DNA of 64,000 nucleotides, taken from contig CAMPCD010000001.1 of the NCBI GenBank assembly GCA_946643435.1, forward strand, positions 4,908 through 68,907, given 5' to 3'. The DNA is from an uncultured bacterium (lineage in GTDB: Bacteria > Bacillota_I > Bacilli_A > RF39 > UBA660). Made by a program: the position numbers and the translations under genes. Shown here one piece after another: positions 18,783-28,061 of this stretch (its first letter is position 1; every line of letters begins with the position of its first letter). The notes beneath the pieces are model-generated. The model ran no database searches. It was not told the origin of the DNA and saw only the letters and a list, made by a program, of their open reading frames with translations.

Positions 18783-19000
18783 TAAAAATAAAAAGGATAA
18801 TACCCAAAGAGTCTCACGACGGTACCATCCTTTATTTAACTTATTTATCTTTAACGCAGATCATACGGATTAGTTTACTAATCTCTCCGAGGTAGGAATT
18901 ATTTACTTATATTATCTATTCACACCAAACATAGACTCTCTTTAATACTTGTTAAATAACTATGTCCTCTTCATCAAGTTATCTATATATTACTATTATA
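18783..19000 (-). promoter_or_regulatory. T-box riboswitch leader (proline specifier CCU) controlling proS
   Basis: Minus strand shows stem I AGAGAGTC...GGTGTGA and a specifier context AATTCCTACC. The T-box sequence GGATGGTACCGTCGTGAG overlaps the terminator AAAGGAT...ATCCTTTTTATTTTT. Confidence 0.85.
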
Positions 19001-19015
19001 ATAATTAAAAATCAA

Positions 19016-19606
19016 TTATTTTTCTTCGAATGGTATTACTTTTGAATCATCAGTTATAGCTTCTTTTATTTCTTTAATAGTACCCATTACATAAGCAGAT
19101 TCAATTAATTCACCAATTGCACCTAATGCAATAATAATACCAATTAATCTTAAGAACCATTCAACTGTTCCATCTGGATATATAATCATTATTAATCCCA
19201 TAGTTAATGTTAATAATGCAACTAATAAATTATATTTCCATGCTTTACTTATCTTTCTAATATTTAATGCTATTTGTAATTTATATATAGCTTTAACTAT
19301 TAATACAATACCAACTAATTTAACTACAAGTTTAGTTAATGCTGTTGGATTAACAAATATAAATAATCCTATACCAATTAAAACTATACCAAATGCTAAT
19401 GAGAATGATAATAATTTATTCTCTCTTGGAGTTCTTATATAATCATATACAAAATATCCACCTATTAACATAGCAATAACAGCAATAAACATATTCATAA
19501 TATCTATTGATGTACCTGGATTAACAGCTAAGATTATTCCAATTACTAGCATTATGATTGTATATAGAATCATACCTTTCATACTTTTTTTAATTGTTTC
19601 AATCAT
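19016..19606 (-). CDS. HdeD/DUF308-like repeat membrane protein
   Basis: 196 aa with six evenly spaced TM helices and the repeated pattern typical of DUF308. AGGTGA RBS. Confidence 0.5.
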   Translation of the reverse strand: MIETIKKSMKGMILYTIIMLVIGIILAVNPGTSIDIMNMFIAVIAMLIGGYFVYDYIRTPRENKLLSFSLAFGIVLIGIGLFIFVNPTALTKLVVKLVGIVLIVKAIYKLQIALNIRKISKAWKYNLLVALLTLTMGLIMIIYPDGTVEWFLRLIGIIIALGAIGELIESAYVMGTIKEIKEAITDDSKVIPFEEK

Positions 19607-19680
19607 TTTTTATCACCTATATATATTATATAACTTATTTATAATGTTATTCAATAACATTATTATTTAATTTGTTGCAC

Positions 19681-19702
19681 AAAAAAAGAGATATTATCTC
19701 CC
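19681..19702 (-). terminator. Intrinsic terminator
   Basis: Minus-strand GAGAT-AAT-ATCTC followed by T7, overlapping the stop codon. Confidence 0.55.
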
Positions 19703-20767
19703 TTCTTGAAATTTTACACTACGAATAAAATTATTAACTTCTTCTTTAAAATCATTATATGAAATATTATCAATTGTTATTCTTGCTTCTAATCTACTAT
19801 TTCTTTCTAAATTATATAAATATACATCTGTAGAATAATAACCTTTTTCGTCATCATCTACTTCTTCATATTTATATATGCCATATAGCCCGTATAAATC
19901 TCCTCTTAAACCATGAACTTCAGTACCATTTTGATATAAACCAAGAAAAGCTCCAGCTGCTGATGCATACATTCTTATTTCATCTAATGAAGAAAATATA
20001 TTAACTGATTTCATATTTAAATAATATTCATAAAAATCAACTATATTATAAATACCATATTTTTTTTGTATTCTTAAAGATGAATTATACGGAACTTGAT
20101 TAGATGATATTTCGTCAAATGTTATTGGTCCACTATAAACATCTACTTGATATGTTCCAACTATTTCTCCATTTTCTTTCTTAACATATGTATCATATAG
20201 TATTTCTGCACCTTCATTAATGTCATTAGTTAATTTATATTCAGGGTCTAAATAAAATTCAACATCATAATAACCATTATAAGATACTTTGTTATTTGGC
20301 TCTACATCATTCTTAATATCTTCTTTAATATAAGTAGATTTATTTTCTTCATTATTATAGATTTTATAAAATTCTTTATAATTGTCAATTTCTAATTCAT
20401 TAATAACAAATGCTTTATATCCAAAATATAAACAAACGAGCAATACAATAATAAATGCTATAGCAATTTTAATTGTAGAATGATTAATCTTTTTATTATT
20501 ATATTTCATAGTCTTTAAAAAGTTTTCTTCAAATCTCTTTTGATAATCATCTTTATTAATCTTTTCACCTGATAATAATTCATTTACAGACACATCTAAT
20601 GCAACACATAAATCATTAATAATAGAATAATCAGGTATACTATTACCATTTTCCCATTTAGATATAGTTCTATTACTTACTCTTATTTTATCAGCTAATT
20701 CTTCTTGAGTAAGTTTTTTCTCTTTTCTCCTTTCTTTAATAAATTGTCCGATTTTCTTTTGATTCAT
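19694..20767 (-). CDS. Membrane-bound XRE-family HTH regulator with extracytoplasmic domain
   Basis: N-terminal HTH_3 (IKERRKEKKLTQEELADKIRVSNRTISKWENGNSIPD), one TM helix at about residues 100-120, then about 235 aa outside the membrane. Confidence 0.8.
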   Translation of the reverse strand: MNQKKIGQFIKERRKEKKLTQEELADKIRVSNRTISKWENGNSIPDYSIINDLCVALDVSVNELLSGEKINKDDYQKRFEENFLKTMKYNNKKINHSTIKIAIAFIIVLLVCLYFGYKAFVINELEIDNYKEFYKIYNNEENKSTYIKEDIKNDVEPNNKVSYNGYYDVEFYLDPEYKLTNDINEGAEILYDTYVKKENGEIVGTYQVDVYSGPITFDEISSNQVPYNSSLRIQKKYGIYNIVDFYEYYLNMKSVNIFSSLDEIRMYASAAGAFLGLYQNGTEVHGLRGDLYGLYGIYKYEEVDDDEKGYYSTDVYLYNLERNSRLEARITIDNISYNDFKEEVNNFIRSVKFQEGR

Positions 20768-20866
20768 AAATATACCTCCTACAGTACATTTTCATATTAT
20801 CAATTACATGAAAATTATAACACGAACTAAACGTGGAATTTGGAAAATCTATGGTTAATAGACAAT

Positions 20867-20892
20867 AAAAAAACTTCTATGTAAATAGAAGT
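20867..20892 (-). terminator. Intrinsic terminator after the LOG-like gene
   Basis: Minus-strand CTTCTAT-TTACA-ATAGAAG followed by T7. Confidence 0.7.
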
Positions 20893-20898
20893 CCTTTA

Positions 20899-21450
20899 TT
20901 ATTTAGTTTTACTATTCTTTAATGATTCAACTATTTCTCTTAATTGTTCTACAGATGAAGCTTCTTCATAGTAATCATATATTGATTCTTTATTAAATCC
21001 TTCTTTTATTAATGAATCAATTAATACTTTTATACAGTCATATTGATGATCAACATTATAAACAACTAATTTAGTATCTTTATCATTACTTCTAATTTCT
21101 TCTAAGTATGCAAAGAATTCAGATATAGATCCAGTTCCTCCTGGTAATATTAAAACTAAATCAGCATCAGTAAATATATGCTTCTTTAAATCAAATGTAT
21201 CTTCATATACTGTATGAGTAGCATCTGGTAATCTTTCTATATCACTTTTATATTTTTCAGAAGTATATCCATATATATTTCTACCTTTATCTCTAAATAC
21301 TTCATAGCATAATCCCATAATAGAATAGTCTGCTGATCCCCAATTTAAATCAAAGCCTTCATCAGCCAAATATTCTAAAACTTTTCTAGATTCATCATAA
21401 TACTTTTGATCAATGTTTGTACTTGATGAAGAACTAATTGTAACTCTCAT
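20899..21450 (-). CDS. LOG/TIGR00730-family Rossmann-fold nucleotide-binding protein
   Basis: PGGTGSISEFFAYLEE matches the LOG PGGxGTxxE motif. 183 aa. Its RBS AAGGAGAG lies inside the last codons of the upstream gene. Confidence 0.7.
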   Translation of the reverse strand: MRVTISSSSSTNIDQKYYDESRKVLEYLADEGFDLNWGSADYSIMGLCYEVFRDKGRNIYGYTSEKYKSDIERLPDATHTVYEDTFDLKKHIFTDADLVLILPGGTGSISEFFAYLEEIRSNDKDTKLVVYNVDHQYDCIKVLIDSLIKEGFNKESIYDYYEEASSVEQLREIVESLKNSKTK

Positions 21451-21451
21451 A

Positions 21452-22690
21452 TTATCTCTCCTTATTTACTTTATTATACTCTCTTTTTATTGCACATTCC
21501 ATAACAGAATCACGATTATTAATATAGTCTTCTAGTGTTGGTTTTATTTCTATATCAGGTGGATTAAAGTCTGTTATCTTCCAAGCATTAGGCATATCAT
21601 CATATTCCTTTTTAGACATTGCAATATGAAGTTTATATTCTTCATCAAAATAGAAATACCTACTACTAATTTTATGTACTATAGTTGATTGAATTTGCTC
21701 TAATCCTTGCTTTCTTCTTTTCCTATTATCTTCTTTCTCTTTTATATAAACATTACCAAAAGCATTTATTGGTGTTCCTGGCTCTTCACCAATAGCTATT
21801 GTCCCTAAATTTCTTAATGCTTCATACATAAATCTACCTGACGAGAATGTTGCATTATTGGTTAATGTAATTATTTCTAATTCATCATGTCTTTTTAAGA
21901 AATCTATAATAGGAAGATTATTATTACTATTACCACCTGCATTATTTCTTAAATCAATAATAAATCTATTATAATGTCCATTTAATAAATGAAAATCTAA
22001 TTCATCTAACACTTTTTTCATATTAACACACGCATCATTAAGACATGAATTATAAACAAAATATATAGCATCACCATTAAATTCAAAATATAAATTGTCA
22101 TGTCTGATAGGTATATCTATTCTTTTATTTGTTTTTCTATAAAACTTCTCATAAGTATTATATTCTTTATCTACTCTATTACCATTTTTATCTATAAAAT
22201 TATATGTAATAGCAGGCTCTCCATGTAACGATGGTAAAGATAGCATATTTCCAATTGATGGTAAAAAGTTTTCAACTTTAAATCTTAGCCATCCTTCATT
22301 ACCACACGGAATAATATTAGCTATTTCAGCAATTATTTTATTTATATCAATACCATTTATAGATACTAGTTTACTTAATAATAATTCTTCTTCATCAAAT
22401 ACACCTACTACAAATACTTCTCCATCTATTATTTTAAATAGATATGGAAAACTTCCTGTATTCTTTAAATTAACAGTAGTATGTGCATCACTTATGCCAG
22501 ATAATCTAGTGACTATATAATTAGCCATGTAATAATATTGATAGTCATCTAATACATCATTATTAGATATATATCCTAAATATAAAGCCTCAGTTTGTTC
22601 TTTAGACATTTCATGCCAAGGACATACATGTATTTCTTCATACCTGTTAATAAAATCATCATACATTTTTTCATACTTAGGTAGTATCAT
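21452..22690 (-). CDS. Peptidase S41-like protein without a signal peptide
   Basis: IIDLRNNAGGNSNN matches the S41 DLRxNxGG motif, and a downstream TFSSGRFMYEAL segment is present. No N-terminal hydrophobic region. Confidence 0.6.
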   Translation of the reverse strand: MILPKYEKMYDDFINRYEEIHVCPWHEMSKEQTEALYLGYISNNDVLDDYQYYYMANYIVTRLSGISDAHTTVNLKNTGSFPYLFKIIDGEVFVVGVFDEEELLLSKLVSINGIDINKIIAEIANIIPCGNEGWLRFKVENFLPSIGNMLSLPSLHGEPAITYNFIDKNGNRVDKEYNTYEKFYRKTNKRIDIPIRHDNLYFEFNGDAIYFVYNSCLNDACVNMKKVLDELDFHLLNGHYNRFIIDLRNNAGGNSNNNLPIIDFLKRHDELEIITLTNNATFSSGRFMYEALRNLGTIAIGEEPGTPINAFGNVYIKEKEDNRKRRKQGLEQIQSTIVHKISSRYFYFDEEYKLHIAMSKKEYDDMPNAWKITDFNPPDIEIKPTLEDYINNRDSVMECAIKREYNKVNKER

Positions 22691-22883
22691 ATTATCACCT
22701 ATTAAAATTATAACATAAAAAAACTTATCATAATTGATAAGTTTGTCTTAAAAATAAAATATGCAGTAGGCACACTGCAATTAGATTATAACATTATAAT
22801 AATAAAAAATACAAGTATATTATAAGTAAAGTTCGTAAATAACAATTATAATATATGTTATAATCAACATAAGGAGTAATAAT

Positions 22884-23720
22884 ATGAACATTGAAGTTAA
22901 GAATTTAAACAAGAGTTTTGATGACTTCCAATTAAAGAATGTTAACATAGAAGTGCCTAAAGGAAAGATAGTTGGTCTTATTGGTGAAAATGGAGCTGGT
23001 AAAACTACACTTATTAAATGTATATTAGGTGCTATGTTTAAAGATTCAGGTGAAGTCAAGCTATTTAATAAAGAATATGATAATAGTTTAAAAGATGATA
23101 TAGGTGTTGTATATGATAATTCATTTATTATAGAAACATATAATATTAAAGATTTAAACTTAATCATGAAAAATATTTATAAGAATTGGGATCAAAAATT
23201 ATTCTTTAAATATATAGAAGAATACAATTTACCTTTGAAGAAAGAAATAAGAAAACTTTCTACTGGTATGAAAAAGAAATTAGAAATAATAACTGCTATA
23301 TGTCATCATCCAAAAGTATTAATACTAGATGAACCTACTTCAGGATTAGACCCAGTTATAAGATCAGAAGTATTAGATTTATTCCAAGACTTTGTAAATA
23401 ATAATGATAATTCAATTTTATTATCTACACATATAACATCTGATCTAGAACATATTGCTGATAATGTAATATTTATTTCTAAAGGTGAAATAATATTTGA
23501 TAAACCATTAAAAGAAATAAAAGATGATTATATAGTATTAGATGTAGATAAAGAAGAATTAAAAAATATAGCTAAAAAAGATATTATTAGATATAAAGAA
23601 AATAGGATAGATTACCAAGTATTAATTCATAAAAAGAATATGAAAACTAAATATGAAAAATATATAAAGAGAATAACAGCATTAGATGATATCATGCTTT
23701 TATATATAAGAGGTGTATAA
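22884..23720 (+). CDS. ABC transporter ATP-binding protein (ABC-2 subfamily)
   Basis: Walker A GENGAGKTT, signature LSTGMKKKLE, Walker B LILDEPTSGLD. Confidence 0.9.
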   Translation: MNIEVKNLNKSFDDFQLKNVNIEVPKGKIVGLIGENGAGKTTLIKCILGAMFKDSGEVKLFNKEYDNSLKDDIGVVYDNSFIIETYNIKDLNLIMKNIYKNWDQKLFFKYIEEYNLPLKKEIRKLSTGMKKKLEIITAICHHPKVLILDEPTSGLDPVIRSEVLDLFQDFVNNNDNSILLSTHITSDLEHIADNVIFISKGEIIFDKPLKEIKDDYIVLDVDKEELKNIAKKDIIRYKENRIDYQVLIHKKNMKTKYEKYIKRITALDDIMLLYIRGV

Positions 23721-24376
23721 TGAGAGGTCTAATAATTAAAGATTTACTTTTTATTAAAAGTACTTGGAAGAATCTAATAATATTATTTATAGGATCATTG
23801 TTAATAAGTGTAGCATTAGGTAATTATTTACTTGCTGTATGTTCACTACCTGTTATGTTATTATCATCAGGTATTAACACATTCCAAACTGATGAATTCT
23901 ATAATACTGAAAGTTATACATTAAGTTATCCACTTTCAAGAAAACAAATAGTATTAGCTAAATATTTATTTACAATTATATTATTATTAATATCTACATA
24001 TATAGGATTATTAATATACTGGTTAATAAGTGTAATAATACATCCTGGTTTCAATGGATTAAATACTGATATGTTAAAGTACTTCTTCATGACTGAAGCT
24101 GGTGCCTTAATAGTTGATTCATTTTTTTATCCAGTTATATATAAATTTGGATGTGAAAAATCAAGATTAGTATTAATGAGTATCGTAATGTTATTATTAG
24201 GAATTGGTTCTATACTATCTGTATATATCAACACTTCTAATATAACATTAGACTTAGCTGGAGGACTTAACTTTATCCAAACATATGGGTTACAAGTTCT
24301 AGGTATAACAGTAACACTATTCTTAATAATATCTTATATATTATCAATAGTATTTTATAAACATAAGGATTACTAA
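23720..24376 (+). CDS. ABC-2 type transporter permease
   Basis: 218 aa with six TM helices. The ATG overlaps the ATPase stop (ATAATGA). Confidence 0.7.
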   Translation: MRGLIIKDLLFIKSTWKNLIILFIGSLLISVALGNYLLAVCSLPVMLLSSGINTFQTDEFYNTESYTLSYPLSRKQIVLAKYLFTIILLLISTYIGLLIYWLISVIIHPGFNGLNTDMLKYFFMTEAGALIVDSFFYPVIYKFGCEKSRLVLMSIVMLLLGIGSILSVYINTSNITLDLAGGLNFIQTYGLQVLGITVTLFLIISYILSIVFYKHKDY

Positions 24377-24417
24377 TTCTTATGTTTTTTTATGTGTGTA
24401 AAATTTATTGTACACCC

Positions 24418-24433
24418 TTGTAAAATTTTACAA
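24418..24433. promoter_or_regulatory. Perfect 16-nt palindrome TTGTAAAATTTTACAA overlapping the promoter region
   Basis: Self-complementary sequence read directly. It overlaps an alternative -35 (TTTACA at 24427-24432). Confidence 0.4.
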
Positions 24434-24439
24434 ACCTAT

Positions 24440-24468
24440 ATGACAACAAATTATAAACATAGTATTAT
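24440..24468 (+). promoter_or_regulatory. Sigma-A type promoter (ATGACA-17 nt-TATTAT), with alternative TTTACA-18-TTATAA
   Basis: Hexamers at 24440-24445 and 24463-24468. No CDS follows on this strand. Confidence 0.5.
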
Positions 24469-24475
24469 AATAATA

Positions 24476-25030
24476 GATGGTAACAAAACTATTAAAATAT
24501 TAGAATATTCACGATAAAAGATCTCAATAACCGCTTTAACAGCTGATCTACTGAATATTATAAAGTTTGGATAGTAAAGTTAATATTTTGTTTGGAGTAG
24601 TTTCGTGAGTTTACAACATTGGATAACAGCAACGCCATCAAAGAAAATATAATAAAAAGTGAGTGTGAATGCACTGATGACCTGTAAGATTTATGTGATG
24701 TATAGTCATATGCGGAAATAATAGGTAATCGTAGGTATTCGTTGCTTATTATTTCACTAGCGTCATATACTTATAATCGCGATTATAAGTGCTAGGTTAT
24801 ATTCCAAAGTATAATGAATATGAAGACAATTTAATTTTTATTTAAGAAATAAACGAAAGTTTATAAGTGACTCATTCTTATGAGAAGAAAAGTTATTTAA
24901 GAGGTATTAATATGACAACCAAAAACCTTAAAATATTTCTTTTCCCCCCTTAAAAATCTTTTAATTTATTATATTAATATTTCTTAAATACTTAATTAAA
25001 AAAAAGATATCTTGAAGATATCTTTTTTCT
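24476..25030 (+). ncRNA. Candidate large structured RNA, copy 2 (about 555 nt, class unknown)
   Basis: 650-bp gap with no ORF of 60 aa or more, bounded by a promoter upstream and a bidirectional terminator downstream. It contains a 22-nt perfect hairpin (24769-24790). Conserved blocks are colinear with the minus-strand RNA at 2443-2947. Confidence 0.5.
24998..25030. terminator. Bidirectional intrinsic terminator
   Basis: A8-GATATCTT-GA-AGATATC-T6 between the candidate RNA (+) and the GT2 gene (-). Confidence 0.75.
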
Positions 25031-26035
25031 TTAGTTAAATTTAACAATTGAATGTGCAAATCTATAACCACCTATGACCATAGCTCTACCTAGTCTACCA
25101 GGTAAAGATGACCATCCAGCCATAGTTGTTAATTTGTGCATTTTTTTATAAATAATTGGATTCTTTTCTTTAATATCTGTCCAAATCTTTTTAAATTGTT
25201 CTTCTCCTTCTTTAGTCTTAGATAATCTTGAGAATACACATCCTAAAGAAATAATTAATGAACAATGTCTTAGCATAACTTTCTTATGTTTTTTATTTGT
25301 TATATCTTCTAAATCATAAGCTTGACCAACTAATGTTGATATTAAAGCTTGATGAGAACTTCTCTTTATTAATTGAGGTTCTTGAACAGATTGATCTTCT
25401 CTACCAATAAAATAATGATAGAAATCTAAATTCATATAATGAATTGTATTAACATATTTTAAAGCTAAATAGATAAATAAATTATCTTCATAGAATGTAT
25501 GTTTAGGTAATTTCATCTTAGCTTTTAAAATAGTTTCCTTCTTATACATCATTGAATGTAGAGTTAAATATTGTTGTACTTTAAATCTCTTAATATCATC
25601 CCAAGTACAATCAACATTATCTGGGAAGACGTTAGAATAATCTATTGTTTGATTCTTTCTTCCATCAGTATAAGTATATACATAATTCATGATTACAACA
25701 TCAGTATCAATCTTAGGTATTCTTTTTAATAAAGTTTTATAAGCTTTAGTATCTGCCCAGTCATCTGAATCTATAACTTTGATGTATCTACCTTCAGCCA
25801 TCTTTATTCCTTGATTAATACCTTCACCATGTCCACCATTTTCTTGATGTCTAACTTTAACAATCTTAGGATATTTCTTTTGATATTTATCTGCTATCTT
25901 TGCAGTATTATCTTTTGATCCATCATCTATAATTATTATTTCTATTTGTTCTCCACCAGGTAGTAAAGAATCTATACAATGTTCCATATAATCTTGTGAA
26001 TTATAACATGGTACAATGAATGAAATGTCTTTCAT
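25031..26035 (-). CDS. Family 2 glycosyltransferase
   Basis: SFIVPCYNSQDYMEHCIDSLL and IIIIDDGSKDNT motifs. Start at MKDISF (AGGTGA RBS). Confidence 0.85.
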   Translation of the reverse strand: MKDISFIVPCYNSQDYMEHCIDSLLPGGEQIEIIIIDDGSKDNTAKIADKYQKKYPKIVKVRHQENGGHGEGINQGIKMAEGRYIKVIDSDDWADTKAYKTLLKRIPKIDTDVVIMNYVYTYTDGRKNQTIDYSNVFPDNVDCTWDDIKRFKVQQYLTLHSMMYKKETILKAKMKLPKHTFYEDNLFIYLALKYVNTIHYMNLDFYHYFIGREDQSVQEPQLIKRSSHQALISTLVGQAYDLEDITNKKHKKVMLRHCSLIISLGCVFSRLSKTKEGEEQFKKIWTDIKEKNPIIYKKMHKLTTMAGWSSLPGRLGRAMVIGGYRFAHSIVKFN

Positions 26036-26101
26036 ATTTATCACCTAATTAATATTATAACATATTTAAATTAGACATGATATAATATAAGTGGTGATAA
26101 G

Positions 26102-26629
26102 ATGAAACCTTGGACTAAGAATCAATTAAGAAGATTAAGAATTGCTTTAATGATTAATTCAGATAAAAGAAATAAATATATAAAGAAACATAATATATTT
26201 AAAGAGATGGGTGAAAACGTTTTCTTCCAACCAAGATTCATACCATCTGATCCTAAATTAATTAAAATACATAATAATGTAATAATCACTTCTAATGTAA
26301 CTTTTGTTACACATGATGTATTTGATTTAGGTATAAATTATATGTATCCAGATAAAAAGGTACCAACACTAATGAAGCCTATAGAAATCATGGATAATGT
26401 TTTTATAGGATGCAATTCAACTATCTTAGGTGGTATTACTATAGGTAATAATGTTGTAGTTGCTGCTGGTTCAGTAGTAACTAAAGATGTTCCACCTAAT
26501 TCAGTAGTAGCTGGTAATCCTGCAAAGGTAATAGAATCATTTGATGATTATATAAATAAAAGATATGGTTCATATCATTCATATGATATAGATGACCTAT
26601 GGAAACACTTTTATGAAAATAAAAAATAA
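26102..26629 (+). CDS. Hexapeptide-repeat (LbH) O-acetyltransferase
   Basis: IGCNSTILGGITIGNNVVVAAGSVVTKDVPPNSVVAGNPAKVI left-handed beta-helix repeats. Confidence 0.8.
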   Translation: MKPWTKNQLRRLRIALMINSDKRNKYIKKHNIFKEMGENVFFQPRFIPSDPKLIKIHNNVIITSNVTFVTHDVFDLGINYMYPDKKVPTLMKPIEIMDNVFIGCNSTILGGITIGNNVVVAAGSVVTKDVPPNSVVAGNPAKVIESFDDYINKRYGSYHSYDIDDLWKHFYENKK

Positions 26630-26643
26630 GGAGTAATCACTCC

Positions 26644-27108
26644 TTATTTTATTTGTATTCCATCTATTTCTATATCTGATCCTGTATAACCATTTTTTAT
26701 ACCAAGTTTATCAACTTGTATTTCTTCACTAGTATTTGTAAAAGTCAAATCATAAGTTTGTACACTCATAGATTCAATGTTTTTCATTATCTTCTTATTA
26801 GCTGTAACTTTAACATTTTCATTAGTATGAAATATTATAAAATCATTGTTATATGGATTATTACTAATTACATTAATTGTAATAGTTTTTTCACCATAAG
26901 CAGTAAGAGTTATTTCATCACTCTTTAAATCATCTGATTGAATGAAAGTATTAATCTTATTAAGTTTCATTATTTGAGATCCATTAGAAGTATCTTCTAT
27001 ATAGTATGAAAAAGATACAGATGTTAAACCAACTACTACAATAAGCATTACTGCAATAGACATATATAAATTCTTAGGTTTTTTAATAAAGTTTATAAAT
27101 TTTTTCAT
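26644..27108 (-). CDS. N-terminally anchored small extracytoplasmic protein, unknown function
   Basis: Start at MKKFINF (GGTGAA RBS), one TM helix, then a beta-rich body. Confidence 0.5.
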   Translation of the reverse strand: MKKFINFIKKPKNLYMSIAVMLIVVVGLTSVSFSYYIEDTSNGSQIMKLNKINTFIQSDDLKSDEITLTAYGEKTITINVISNNPYNNDFIIFHTNENVKVTANKKIMKNIESMSVQTYDLTFTNTSEEIQVDKLGIKNGYTGSDIEIDGIQIK

Positions 27109-27197
27109 ACCCATTCACCATCTTCATTATATCAAATAAATAATTACTTTAAAACAAAATAATTAATAATATGCTATAATATTGCTTGGTGATAAAA

Positions 27198-28037
27198 ATG
27201 TTTAATTACTTAGAAATAATATTATTATTTTTCATATATGGATTTATTGGTTGGATATGGGAAGTAATACTATCATTATTTGAACATCATAAATTAATAA
27301 ATCGTGGATTCTTAATTGGTCCAATTCTACCTATATATGGAGTTGGAGGATTTATAGCAACTATCTTCTTTACCGGTTTAGCTAATAATACCGATAATAC
27401 TATATTAAATATAATCTATATATTCTTAGGAACTACTTTAATTTGTTCAATACTTGAATATTTCACATCTTGGTTTATGGAAAAACAATTCCACACTAGA
27501 TGGTGGGATTATTCAAAAATGTTCCTAAACTTAAATGGTAGAATATGTTTACTATGTTCATTAGGATTTGGTGCAGGTTGTACTGCAACTTTAATGATTA
27601 TAAATCCATACTTTAGAACATTATTTGATAATTTAAATTTATCTACACAAGTATTAAAGATAACTGACTTATCATTATTATTAATATTTATTATAGATTT
27701 AGCAATATCATTTAAAATTATTAACAACTTTAAACATATCTCAGATAATGTTAAGGAAGATAATACAGAAAAAATAACTACTTTAGTTAAAAAGACAGTT
27801 ATTGATAACTACAATATGTTATATAGACGTTTAGTAGAATCATTCCCTAATATTAAAATATATAATAGATTATCTCAATTAAGAGATAAGATAATTGAAC
27901 AACAAAAGAAGATTGAAAAGGCTGCATATAAACTAGATATGAGAAAGATTAAATTAAAGAATCTACAAAATGAATTAAACTATCGTAAAAAGCAAAATTT
28001 TAAAGAAAAATTAATAAATGCTTTCAAAAGAAAATAG
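27198..28037 (+). CDS. DUF1113-like (putative ABC-transporter type IV) membrane protein with C-terminal coiled-coil
   Basis: N-terminal FIYGFIGWIWEV signature, four or more TM helices, and a basic coiled-coil tail. ATG at 27198 after GGTGAT. Confidence 0.5.
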   Translation: MFNYLEIILLFFIYGFIGWIWEVILSLFEHHKLINRGFLIGPILPIYGVGGFIATIFFTGLANNTDNTILNIIYIFLGTTLICSILEYFTSWFMEKQFHTRWWDYSKMFLNLNGRICLLCSLGFGAGCTATLMIINPYFRTLFDNLNLSTQVLKITDLSLLLIFIIDLAISFKIINNFKHISDNVKEDNTEKITTLVKKTVIDNYNMLYRRLVESFPNIKIYNRLSQLRDKIIEQQKKIEKAAYKLDMRKIKLKNLQNELNYRKKQNFKEKLINAFKRK

Positions 28038-28061
28038 GACTTAAATTAGTCCTATTTTTTA

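Noticed and set aside
22820-23167. 115-aa minus-strand ORF overlapping the start of the ABC ATPase gene.
   Set aside because: It is antisense to a gene with clear Walker A, signature and Walker B motifs. It has no RBS and reads as a low-complexity Leu/Ile/Ser translation typical of antisense frames in AT-rich DNA.
24769-24790. TTATAATCGCG resembles the 5' start of purine riboswitches.
   Set aside because: It is simply one arm of a perfect 22-nt palindrome (ACTTATAATCGCGATTATAAGT). None of the purine-riboswitch loop or junction motifs follow, and no gene lies downstream on that strand.
24912-24953. 13-codon ORF MTTKNLKIFLFPP with an AAGAGG RBS, considered as a possible stalling leader peptide.
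   Set aside because: No downstream gene exists on the plus strand for it to regulate. The RBS-like TTAAGAGGTATT corresponds to the conserved block TTAAGAGTAATT in the paralogous RNA, which has no start codon after it. It is kept only as a note inside the finding.
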